64,000 nt of DNA. Origin: a virus. The notes under the pieces were generated by a model, which saw only the letters and a list, made by a program, of their open reading frames with translations, was not told where the DNA came from and ran no database searches. The stretch covers positions 1 to 64,000 of the IMG/VR virus record IMGVR_UViG_3300042898_006838; one strand, 5' to 3'. This document shows, in pieces, positions 34,672 through 43,822 of this stretch. Positions within the stretch are counted from its first letter, which is position 1, and each line of letters starts with the position of its first letter. The position numbers and the translations under genes are program-made.

Positions 34672-36615
34672 TCACAGTCGACCGCGCAGGTATTCACGGA
34701 TCTGGGTGAGAGTCTTAGCGACATTGCTGACGCGCACAACGGCAAGCTGATCGCTCGTACCCAGGGACAGGGACGGGGCGCCAGCTGACAGCGAAGGCAC
34801 TTCGTTACCGCTGCCGCCGATCCAGCGCCCGGTGACGACACTTCCGTTGACGACCAGCAGCGTATCGCCGGCCGATCCGAAGGTGTGACTCACGGCCACG
34901 TGGTTGACGGAGTTGTAACGCAGACGCTCGCCGCTCTCCTGTCGGAATTCGACGGTCGCCGAGGCGGTGTCAAACCGGAACCTGAGGCTTCCGTCTGAAG
35001 CATACGCGAGCTCAACTCCGCCCTGATTCCGCACTCCACCGCTGGAATGGATGAGTTCGGCTCGGCTGCTGTAGACCAGGGCCTCAACGGATGTGAGCCG
35101 TGGGTACACGATTACTTCGACGGTAAAAGCCGAGGACTGGACTGGCAGCGTTCCCGCTGCCACGAGGATGCTGTCGCCATTGCCAACAGCCGTTCGACCC
35201 AGTGTCGAAGACAGGCTCTGAGCTGTGATGACGGCGTGACGCGCGTCTGGACTGGCGTCAAGGATTCTGGCGGCACTGCCTCCGCCGCTGACGTTGGCTT
35301 TGATGCCGCCAAAGCCCTTGGCGTAGAGCGCGGCCACGGACTGAGGGCTCCAGGCCTGGTTGGCGACTATGACCTCGTCCAGGCGACCGGAGAAGCGTGA
35401 GTTAGTCCAGGACGTGGCCTGACCCAGCTGCACACTCCCGGTGCTCACGGCCGCGGCTGAGCCCTGTGTGGGCTTCTGCAGCACCAGCTTGCCATCGATG
35501 TAGCATCGCACGATCTTGTTCACGAAGTCGCGCGTCCAGGCGACATGCGTCCAGACACTGACTTTGAATGTGCCGGCGGACAGGAGGTAGCCGAAGTACG
35601 GCGCGCCATGACCGTTGCCGCCAAACGTGCCGTAGTAGAAGTAGCCGCTGCCGTCGCTGTTGATGACCGTGGCGTACTCGCCGCCGTACCCCTTGCTGAT
35701 CGGGTGCTGGTTGCCCTGCAGCGTCGTCAGACGCATCCACCAGCTCAAGCTCAGCTGACCGGTGATGCGCAGGTTGGCGACGTTTCCGGCGTCGTAATAC
35801 CCGGTACCGGCGCCGCTCAGGAACTCACGGGCCTGACCGACTTGACCTGCGATGCTGACCGGCGCCGCGCCCACCAGTGAGGCGTTGTTTCCTCCGACGA
35901 TATCCACGGCGCTGCTGCCGATGAAGTCTCCGGTATCAAACGTCCAGTAGCTGACTACGCCGGGAGGAAGAGCCTCGGTCACGGACACGGTGTCAACTGC
36001 TCCGTCGTAGAGCAGGATGGTATTGGCGTCTGCTTTCATGGGCAGAGCCAGGTCACGATTGATTGACTGAGTACCGGCGTAGCGAGCGAAGAAGGTGTCG
36101 GCCTTTCTCACCACATCCTGATCTCCGGCCTCCGTTGCCGTTGGGTCGATGATGGTTATTTCAGAGCCGCCTCCGACCTTCACCTTCACGTCTCGATCTC
36201 TGACGTAGAACTGCCTGGGAACACTGTTGACCGTGAACTGGCTTGGAATATCTCCTATGGCCAGGAAAGTCACAGGTGCCACGATCAGGTTTGTGACTAC
36301 GTTCCATGTGAATGTAAACAGCGACGCTCCGTCGCTGAACATGAAGACGACCTCGTTATCAGCTACTTCCAGGCAGTGAAAATTCAAGACCCTGACGCGG
36401 TCGACAGGTACCACACGCTCGCTGAAGTCAGTGCCGTCCGTGCGCAGCCCGCCGATGACGGAGATCGAGCCCGTGCGCTCACGCACGACAAAGACATCAC
36501 CGCGTCCGTCGTCGTTCATCGTCCACACGGCCCATGACTTGTTGGCCGCACGCAGGTGCCTGACCTGCTGCGCGTCTCCGACCACGGACATGGCGACGGG
36601 CGATGTCAGCGTCAC
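34672..36615 (-). CDS. LamG/concanavalin A-like lectin-domain virion protein
   Basis: Start re-called to GTG 36615; VVSYWTFD..LSLSWWM..WTHVAWT..CYIDG..FSGRLDEVIV LamG signature, plus a second degenerate LamG at the C-terminus. Confidence 0.8.
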   Translation of the reverse strand: MTLTSPVAMSVVGDAQQVRHLRAANKSWAVWTMNDDGRGDVFVVRERTGSISVIGGLRTDGTDFSERVVPVDRVRVLNFHCLEVADNEVVFMFSDGASLFTFTWNVVTNLIVAPVTFLAIGDIPSQFTVNSVPRQFYVRDRDVKVKVGGGSEITIIDPTATEAGDQDVVRKADTFFARYAGTQSINRDLALPMKADANTILLYDGAVDTVSVTEALPPGVVSYWTFDTGDFIGSSAVDIVGGNNASLVGAAPVSIAGQVGQAREFLSGAGTGYYDAGNVANLRITGQLSLSWWMRLTTLQGNQHPISKGYGGEYATVINSDGSGYFYYGTFGGNGHGAPYFGYLLSAGTFKVSVWTHVAWTRDFVNKIVRCYIDGKLVLQKPTQGSAAAVSTGSVQLGQATSWTNSRFSGRLDEVIVANQAWSPQSVAALYAKGFGGIKANVSGGGSAARILDASPDARHAVITAQSLSSTLGRTAVGNGDSILVAAGTLPVQSSAFTVEVIVYPRLTSVEALVYSSRAELIHSSGGVRNQGGVELAYASDGSLRFRFDTASATVEFRQESGERLRYNSVNHVAVSHTFGSAGDTLLVVNGSVVTGRWIGGSGNEVPSLSAGAPSLSLGTSDQLAVVRVSNVAKTLTQIREYLRGRL

Positions 36616-36616
36616 G

Positions 36617-36907
36617 TCACAGCCCCAGCGGATTGGCGGAGTCGACTGTCGCACCAGGTGCCGGCGCCGGTGAGTGCGTCGACAGCGGAGCCGGTTCGAT
36701 GGCCACCACGATCTCGATGCCCGCGGCCTGGGCCCAGGCGACGACGGCGTTCTGGGCTTCGAAGCTCGACGTCGGCGGACTGAAGACGCAGTCGGCCCAG
36801 GCTTCTGGTTGCGCCTGCTCGTTGACCTGCTGGGCACCGGGCACGAGCGACGACAGAGGCACGTTGACCGTGACTGAGGACTTGTTTTGGACCCTGATCA
36901 CAAACAT
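36617..36907 (-). CDS. Hypothetical protein (96 aa)
   Basis: ATG with GAGGAG RBS; fills the gap in the operon. Confidence 0.65.
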   Translation of the reverse strand: MFVIRVQNKSSVTVNVPLSSLVPGAQQVNEQAQPEAWADCVFSPPTSSFEAQNAVVAWAQAAGIEIVVAIEPAPLSTHSPAPAPGATVDSANPLGL

Positions 36908-36917
36908 CTCTGACTCC

Positions 36918-39900
36918 TCACGTCACAGGCGCGCCACTGCCGACGATGGTCACGCGCCGGACCTGTTGCTGCAAGTTTCGGCGCCGGCGGATGACCCACG
37001 TCAATCCGCTGGCAATGCCGGGAAGAATCTCGTCGTACTTGACCTTGATGACCTTGTTTGGGTCGCTGCCTGTGATCGACACGATTTCAAAAATGCGTCG
37101 ACCGTAGGTGACGTTCGAGATCTCTATGAAGTCGCCAGCCACCGGGCCGTCGACAGCCGTCAGCGCCTCGCCCAGGACCACGATGTCCGTGCAGCCGTCT
37201 CCGTCGTCATCAGCCGGCGTCGTGGCGCTGACCGTCGAGCTCTGCACGGTCACGAACTCCAGGTCGTAGCCGAAGTGTATCGTGCCTTCGATGTGTCCGA
37301 TGGTCACGCGGTTGTTGGTGTCCCAGTCCGTGTAAAACGAGTCGTGAGGGGCCACTGGCGGAGAAGAAGAAGGAGGTGACGACGACTGCGCCCGATTGAT
37401 CTCACGTCCCACATCCCAGGCCGCGGCGGTTATCGGGTGCGGAATTTCGGCCTGCAGAACCAGGATCTGCGTTGTCGACGGCACGTCGATGATCGTCCAG
37501 TAGCTGTCATCCAGCGGCTGGTCGCGCGTCGACACCTCGTCGGCGCTGTCGATGCGCAACTCGTCATTTGGTCCGAAGGAGCACGTGGCCCAGGTGAACG
37601 TGTTGGTCTCGTTGACAAAGGCCTTGCTCGTCTGCACCTCCGTCGCAGACACGAAGCCGGTGATCAGCGCCCAGCCGTTGTTGGCGCTGTTCGCGGCACC
37701 GCCGATGCGGATGTAGTTTCCGATGATCAGTCTCGTGAACAAGGCGCCTGGGTCAATGAAGCGACCGGCGCTGGTGACCTGGGCGTCGTTGACGCCCGTG
37801 TCCGTGTACAGCGGCCCGGTGACGTTGACGATGTTCGTCAAGCCATCGGCATTGCCATCGTCGACTGGCGTGGCACCCGTGCCGCTGGCGCGGATGACCT
37901 GGATCTTGTCGGTCTGTTGGCCATTGAACAAATCGTCGTCGGCGTCATCGAGCCGGTTCTCGATGGGCCTGCCGAGCGGCTTGAAGTTTTCGTCGTAGAG
38001 ATGAATGCCGGCGAAGTACGACGTCGCGTTGTAGATGTTGTCGGGCTCATACGTGCGCCAGCGCCAGTACTGTCGTCGCCGCACACTCTCTGGCAGGTCT
38101 CTGAGGTCGAAGATCACAGAGGCGCCGACAGCTGGTGAGGTGTTGCTGTTAAAGCTGATGCCTGGATTACCCTTGTAGCCGTTGTAGCCCGTGTACCAGG
38201 TCCCCGGGCTTGCGCTGTCCGGGCCGTTGGCGGGAACGGCGTTGGTTCCCTTTGGCGAAGACTTGACCAGCGACCAGTTGACGCCATGGTCATTGGACGA
38301 CCACATGTCGTGTTGCCAAAAGATCTTCATGCGATCTTGGTCCGTGAGATACGTGCCGATCTCGATGAATGAGACAACGGGGACGTTTCTCAACTTCCAA
38401 CGGCGGCCAGCGGCCGCGACGCGCGTTGTCGTGAACACCTTGTCGACTTGGACCTGGGTGGCGCTGAGTCGAGCCAAGATCACGGCCTGACCGTTGTCGT
38501 TGTCAGCCGACGATCCGTTGGCGCCTTCGATGAAGATGCTCTTGCCCACGTCTCCGGCGGAGAACACATATCCGCCGCCGGTGTTGAACAGGTCCGTTCC
38601 CGCGGTCCAGAAGCCGTCGGCATCGAGCTCCAGTTCATCGGCGATGCGAAGAACGGCCGTCGGTTGCATGGCCACGGTTGACGTAAGGTATAGGGCGTTG
38701 GTGCCCAGGTACCCTGGCGCCGAGCCGTATCCGAGTGGGTACTTGAAATAGTCGGCGACGCCACGCGAGAACGGCGGGCGGAAGGTCGGAGATCCGCTGG
38801 CTGAGCTGCTGAATCCTCCCTCCAGTCCGCCGTCGACGGTGTTCATGTTCTTGATTGTCTTCACGGCCTCGTCACATGTGCGCTGCACCGTGGGCTGAAC
38901 GAAGAACTGGTAGAACAGATTCGCGGTCTGCGTGTTGTCCTTGCCTGCGCCGATGTAGGTGATGAACGTGCTGTTCTCATCGGCCAGGAACTCGTCGGTC
39001 TGTGCCACGGCACCGCCGGCCTGCAGGAAGCTGATGTACATGCCGTCGTCGAGCGGCTGGCTCCACTCGTGGACGCGCCGCAGTCCGGCGCCGAGTACGG
39101 CGTTGGCTGTGCGCGAGTTGCTGCCGCCGCGGAAGTTGATGTCGCTCCAGCCATTGCCGGCCAACATGCCCTTGACCCAGGCGCTGCCGTTCCAGCGCCT
39201 GTCGATCCAGACCGCGGAGTGCATGGTCAGCGGCGGTTCAGTTTCAGGTCTGAAGGTGTTCGAGTTCTGGCCACTGACGACACAGCCCATGCCCATGCCC
39301 AGTTCATCGTAGGCCATGCGACGCCACGGCTCCACGGCGGCGGCAGCGCGCGCCCCGTGGCTGTAGATCATGGTCTGTTCGGCGCGCCAGTACTCGGTGC
39401 CGCTCTCGCTGCCTGTCATCCGCAGCCAGTGCAGACTCGGGGTGCCCTCTCCGTAGCTGGCGAACAGACCAATCGCGCCCGTCGTCGGCTCGACGACGAT
39501 GCTGGTGCTGCGTGGCAGATACTGGTAGGTGCCGTCCTTGGGCACCAGGACGATGCTGGGGAAGTTGGTGACGATGCTCGGATTCTGGTGGTAGCGCGTG
39601 AAGTTCGCGGCCGTGGGTGTCGCGGTCCACGCCACGTCCCCGCGTACACGCACCCATCCGTCACCTGTGTCGCTGCCGTTGTACGTGAAGCCGAGCCAGA
39701 CCTCGTTGTGAAAAGGATGCACGCCGCTGCCGGCGACGGCGGGCACGCGCACGACCTTGAGGAAGTTCACCGGCGCACCGGTGCCTACGACGGTCAGCGG
39801 GCTCACGGCCGGGATCGAGGCCTGCGCGAAGCTCACGCACGCGCCGTCACCGGGATTCCAGCGGCAGATGCGCGCTCCCTGGCTGATCCAGTAGACGTTG

Positions 39901-41834
39901 CCGTTCGTGTCCCAGTCGATGTTGTGCTGGCCGCTGTTGAAGCCCGTGGTGCTGTTGTCCACGGTGTAGCCCGTGAGCAGTACGGCCTCATTTGCCGCCA
40001 ATGCGCCCTTCTGGATCGCGACAGGCGCTCCGCCGGCGCCCAGGTAGCTGATGGCCAACACCAGGTTCAAGTTGTCGGTGATGGACGCGATCTCGTAGCT
40101 GCGAGTGTCGCTTCCAAACCTGATCCAGTCGCCGACGGCGAACTGCGTCGTGAACAGTGTTCCGACACCCAGCACGGCCGTGCCGCCGTTGGTGGCCGTG
40201 ACCGTCCCCGTGAGGGCGCTGAGCTGGTGCACGCGCTTCCACGTCACACCGTCGTCGTCGCTGTAGTTCAAGCCGCCGGTCGCCGGCTCGTTGTTCCCGC
40301 CGATGGCCCAGATACGCTGCGTCCCTGGCCCGCCGCTGTACACGCCGCTGAGGTCGTCGCAGAGCGCGACGATGGCTCGTGACGTCAGACCGCTGGCGTC
40401 AGCCGCGTTCTGCTGCTTGCGCCACTGCGCCTCGACGGCAGGGGCTGAGGCGTCTCCGCCCGGAGCCGGGTGCATGCGTGCCAGCACGTACCGGTCATCC
40501 TGGCCGCTGCTGGCACTGAACCAGAGCTTGCGGTTCTGGTCGACGATGATGTCGTCCCAGTTTCCTGCCGGCGCTGCGGCCGTGGCTCCCCAGGTCGCCT
40601 GACTGAGACCAGTGATGCTGCCGTCGTTGAGCACATCCTGGAACGGCTGTGGGCTCATGTGCAGGTGGCGCATGATACCGTAGGGCTTGTTGACGCGGTT
40701 TGGCGTCGTCCACCACCAGTGGCCGTAGCCGTCGTAGACCGTGCGCTGCGGGATCTGGTTCCACTCGGTTTTGTCGTAACAAAGGCGCTCGTCGACGGCG
40801 ACGAAGGACAGGAGGTTATTCTCGCCGTGGATGTAGTTCGTCCAGCTGTCGCCCTTGAAGTACGGCCGTCGGCGCCAGAAGTACTCGGCAACGGGACCCG
40901 TGCGCAGCGACCACGTCAACCCTTCGCCATCCGTGAAACCTTCGCCAATGGTTACAGCGTCGGTGTCGACGTTGCTCGCGTCGACGAAGGCCGTGATCAA
41001 ATAGATACCGCGCCCGTGGACGGCGATGTACTTGCCGACGTCGCCGGGTACGAAGCCGGCGAAAGTAGAGTCGTTGAACCGTGCCGGGGTTCCCGGGTCA
41101 GTGAAGCCTGTGTTCTTCACGGCGCCCTGAATGACGCCGGTGCCGCCGTTCTTGGCGTAGTAGACCTGAAAGCCGCTGTGGTGCAGCCGCTCTTCTGGCG
41201 GGTTGTAGGCGCCTGTGATCTGAATCTGTCCCTGGCTCAGGGGGATGATCAAGGTCTCATTGAACCAGGCCGTGCGCGCATACGGGTGCTTGAAGATGTT
41301 GCCGATGGTGTTGCGCGGGATGTCGACTTCACTCAGCGCCTGGTCGCCCCAGCTCCCGGTCTGTGAGTTTGGAGCGACTCCGAGCATATAGGCGTTCTCT
41401 CCATTGTAACTGACGACCATGCTGCCAATGGCGCACGACGAGTTACCAATGGTGTACGTGCGCCCGTAGGTGCGCGAGAAGTTTCCGTAGCCATCGGCTC
41501 GGTCCGTGAGGACAGCGCCTGCCGTGCCGTCTGGTCCCGAGCCCAGGCCGCCTTCGTAGTTGACTGCCAACTCCCAGCTGCGGGAAAAGGTCTCGGCGTA
41601 GTCCAGGAAGGCGCCGCGATGGCGCAGGTTCGGCACGTAGGGCCTGAGCGGGCTGTGTCGGCGAAAGGCGATGCGAGCCCCGAACCGCGCGTAGTTGGCC
41701 CAACGGCCAGTGCGCACGTAGGCCTCAAAGGGCTGTGTGTTGATGAGCGACGGATGCGTGCGATTGCTCGCGCCTACGACTTCGCCGTCGCCGATCTGGA
41801 GCTGAGAATAGCCGTGGTGAACGCTGCTGCCCAT
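36918..41834 (-). CDS. Very large virion protein with Asp-box (BNR) beta-propeller motifs
   Basis: 1638 aa; Asp boxes YSDDDGVTW and SSNDHGVNW; DIIVDQNRKLWF and IDWDTNGNVYW blades; DxDxDG-type loops. Confidence 0.7.
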   Translation of the reverse strand: MGSSVHHGYSQLQIGDGEVVGASNRTHPSLINTQPFEAYVRTGRWANYARFGARIAFRRHSPLRPYVPNLRHRGAFLDYAETFSRSWELAVNYEGGLGSGPDGTAGAVLTDRADGYGNFSRTYGRTYTIGNSSCAIGSMVVSYNGENAYMLGVAPNSQTGSWGDQALSEVDIPRNTIGNIFKHPYARTAWFNETLIIPLSQGQIQITGAYNPPEERLHHSGFQVYYAKNGGTGVIQGAVKNTGFTDPGTPARFNDSTFAGFVPGDVGKYIAVHGRGIYLITAFVDASNVDTDAVTIGEGFTDGEGLTWSLRTGPVAEYFWRRRPYFKGDSWTNYIHGENNLLSFVAVDERLCYDKTEWNQIPQRTVYDGYGHWWWTTPNRVNKPYGIMRHLHMSPQPFQDVLNDGSITGLSQATWGATAAAPAGNWDDIIVDQNRKLWFSASSGQDDRYVLARMHPAPGGDASAPAVEAQWRKQQNAADASGLTSRAIVALCDDLSGVYSGGPGTQRIWAIGGNNEPATGGLNYSDDDGVTWKRVHQLSALTGTVTATNGGTAVLGVGTLFTTQFAVGDWIRFGSDTRSYEIASITDNLNLVLAISYLGAGGAPVAIQKGALAANEAVLLTGYTVDNSTTGFNSGQHNIDWDTNGNVYWISQGARICRWNPGDGACVSFAQASIPAVSPLTVVGTGAPVNFLKVVRVPAVAGSGVHPFHNEVWLGFTYNGSDTGDGWVRVRGDVAWTATPTAANFTRYHQNPSIVTNFPSIVLVPKDGTYQYLPRSTSIVVEPTTGAIGLFASYGEGTPSLHWLRMTGSESGTEYWRAEQTMIYSHGARAAAAVEPWRRMAYDELGMGMGCVVSGQNSNTFRPETEPPLTMHSAVWIDRRWNGSAWVKGMLAGNGWSDINFRGGSNSRTANAVLGAGLRRVHEWSQPLDDGMYISFLQAGGAVAQTDEFLADENSTFITYIGAGKDNTQTANLFYQFFVQPTVQRTCDEAVKTIKNMNTVDGGLEGGFSSSASGSPTFRPPFSRGVADYFKYPLGYGSAPGYLGTNALYLTSTVAMQPTAVLRIADELELDADGFWTAGTDLFNTGGGYVFSAGDVGKSIFIEGANGSSADNDNGQAVILARLSATQVQVDKVFTTTRVAAAGRRWKLRNVPVVSFIEIGTYLTDQDRMKIFWQHDMWSSNDHGVNWSLVKSSPKGTNAVPANGPDSASPGTWYTGYNGYKGNPGISFNSNTSPAVGASVIFDLRDLPESVRRRQYWRWRTYEPDNIYNATSYFAGIHLYDENFKPLGRPIENRLDDADDDLFNGQQTDKIQVIRASGTGATPVDDGNADGLTNIVNVTGPLYTDTGVNDAQVTSAGRFIDPGALFTRLIIGNYIRIGGAANSANNGWALITGFVSATEVQTSKAFVNETNTFTWATCSFGPNDELRIDSADEVSTRDQPLDDSYWTIIDVPSTTQILVLQAEIPHPITAAAWDVGREINRAQSSSPPSSSPPVAPHDSFYTDWDTNNRVTIGHIEGTIHFGYDLEFVTVQSSTVSATTPADDDGDGCTDIVVLGEALTAVDGPVAGDFIEISNVTYGRRIFEIVSITGSDPNKVIKVKYDEILPGIASGLTWVIRRRRNLQQQVRRVTIVGSGAPVT

Positions 41835-41837
41835 GGA

Positions 41838-42353
41838 TCACGTCCTCTGAATGGCGAGACGGTAAGAGACTTCGAGTGTGGCCGACACGACCTGGACGAT
41901 GGGCGTGCTCAACAGCGTCGCCGCGCAGATGCCGCTGGGTCCGGACTTGAGGTTCGTGAAACCGTCCTGCGACGCGTTCCGGGTCAATCCGATCATACGT
42001 ATCGTCCGCTGAACCGGCGGTACGGCAAAGACGACCTGGTACGTCCAGATGCGATTGGGGCCGTCGATAGACGGGACGACGCCTATGAGCGAGACGCCAG
42101 GCATCGTCGTGCGCATGGAGCTGCGCTTGGGGTGCATGGCCTCCGTGGTCTCGTGGAGAAACACGCACATGTTCGCATGTGCAAGGTCGTTGGCCGCAAA
42201 GAGCAACCGATAGTACTCGGTGATCATGTTGTGCTGATGGACGTGCTGCAGGATGTTGCCATCGGCATCGCGCAGCACGGCATCGATCGTGCCTTCGACA
42301 TTTGGCAGCCCCGGCTGGCCAGTGAGCAGTTCCGCCAACGGCTTGCGTGTCAT
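41838..42353 (-). CDS. Baseplate/fibre anchor-like protein (171 aa)
   Basis: EGTIDAVLRDADG..QHNMIT..LEVSYRL pattern, loosely like 18302-19186; ATGA overlap. Confidence 0.55.
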   Translation of the reverse strand: MTRKPLAELLTGQPGLPNVEGTIDAVLRDADGNILQHVHQHNMITEYYRLLFAANDLAHANMCVFLHETTEAMHPKRSSMRTTMPGVSLIGVVPSIDGPNRIWTYQVVFAVPPVQRTIRMIGLTRNASQDGFTNLKSGPSGICAATLLSTPIVQVVSATLEVSYRLAIQRT

Positions 42354-43822
42354 GACCCGGCTCCGATGTTGACAGTGTTGCGTGCGACGAAACTGGCCGG
42401 GGCGACGCTGTCTGCGCCCGTCACACTCCAGACGAGAGCGCCGTTGTTAGCGTCGGCGCCGGGGGCCGTCAACGCGACGACGCGCACGCTCGTGGCACTG
42501 ATTATCTCCACGATCGTCCACGAGCCGTTGTTGGCGGCTGTCGCCGCGCCACTGACCGTGATCTGCCGATCCAGGTGCTGACGGCTCATCTGCACGAGGC
42601 CCGTGAACACAACATGCCCGCCGACGGCCGAGGCCATGGCCGCCGCCGTGCCCACGGCCGGGAACCAGGTGCGTGTGAAACCGGCTTCACCGCTGTGGCC
42701 CGTGTAGCCGCTGACCACCGGGCCGTCGGTGGGCACAGCCAGTTTCAGCGGCGCGAAGGTCACGGTGCTGTGCGTGTGCTGCGGGCTCTCGCCGGTGAAC
42801 CCGGCGCGCAAGAAGTCGCCGTTCGTAGCCCCGGCGTCGGCGCTGCGTGCCGTCAGCCTGCGCATGGCCGACGCGCCCTGATCGCCGTAGACGCTCTGGG
42901 TGTAGTAGCGGTCACCTTCGGCGTATGCCGGGTCCAGGAACACCTGAATCTCTGTCGAGTACGGGAGCTCGGCGACCTGGACGGCGGCGCCGGTGTTGAT
43001 CTTGAACAGACGCACGGAGGTGATGAGCGTGCTCGATACTGGCGGCACGATCGCGGCAGCCGGCGTGCCCAGGAACGCGACGGGCGCCGGCGAGTTCGGT
43101 GGCGAGCTGAACGTGATGAAGGGACTCTCTCCGGTGAACCCAGAGACCAGTGGTCCGTCTGTGGGCACAGCGAGCTTGATGGGTGTGAAGGTGACGACGT
43201 CGTGCCTGTGGTTCGGGCTTTCCCCCGTGACGCCGGACTTGATGTTCGACTTCAGGATGCTGGGCTGTGCCAGTGTGCTGGGTACCTCGTCGTCGGCGCC
43301 GCTGACGAGGAAGACCTTGCCGTTCTGAATGTAGACGATCTCGACCTCGTTGGTGAGCTCGTTGAATCCGACGTCGACCTTGTCCCCGGGCACGACTAAA
43401 ACTTCAGCGGTCAGGGGATCGTCTTTTCGAGCGTAGATGTTACCGGGCACGCGGGAGTACACGACCCAGGGCGCGGAGCTGGTCTCGGCGATACGCGGGA
43501 CGCTGGCGTCGTCAGTGAACGTGATCTGGCGCAGGCCGACTTGGAACATATAACTGAAAACTGGGGACAGAGAACCGGTGACGCTGACGTTTACGACCGA
43601 GCCACTGACCATCGTCGACGGCTGGTCGAGCACCAGGCGCAGGCCGCCTGTGACTGGGATAGACAACGCCATCCATCCGGCTAGGGCGCTGACTCCATTC
43701 CAGACCTGAACGGAGTCGACGGCCACGGACGTGATCGTCTCGCCGAGTGCGTCAAAGATCAGTGCCGTGTTAACGGGCACAAGTCTCTCGCCAGATCTTG
43801 GTGTCACGAGTGTGATCGTCAC
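42350..43822 (-). CDS. Virion structural protein with internal duplication
   Basis: 490 aa; TGESPxHxHxxVTFxPxKLAVPTDGPxVSGxTG occurs twice; Ig-like N-terminus. Confidence 0.65.
   Translation of the reverse strand: MTITLVTPRSGERLVPVNTALIFDALGETITSVAVDSVQVWNGVSALAGWMALSIPVTGGLRLVLDQPSTMVSGSVVNVSVTGSLSPVFSYMFQVGLRQITFTDDASVPRIAETSSAPWVVYSRVPGNIYARKDDPLTAEVLVVPGDKVDVGFNELTNEVEIVYIQNGKVFLVSGADDEVPSTLAQPSILKSNIKSGVTGESPNHRHDVVTFTPIKLAVPTDGPLVSGFTGESPFITFSSPPNSPAPVAFLGTPAAAIVPPVSSTLITSVRLFKINTGAAVQVAELPYSTEIQVFLDPAYAEGDRYYTQSVYGDQGASAMRRLTARSADAGATNGDFLRAGFTGESPQHTHSTVTFAPLKLAVPTDGPVVSGYTGHSGEAGFTRTWFPAVGTAAAMASAVGGHVVFTGLVQMSRQHLDRQITVSGAATAANNGSWTIVEIISATSVRVVALTAPGADANNGALVWSVTGADSVAPASFVARNTVNIGAGS

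Noticed and set aside
36616-36837. N-terminal extensions given in the ORF track (also for the ORFs ending at 578, 13076, 52256, 53141 and 60889)
   Set aside because: They mostly overlap upstream genes or regulatory gaps and are low complexity; downstream starts with an RBS or stop-start coupling fit better.
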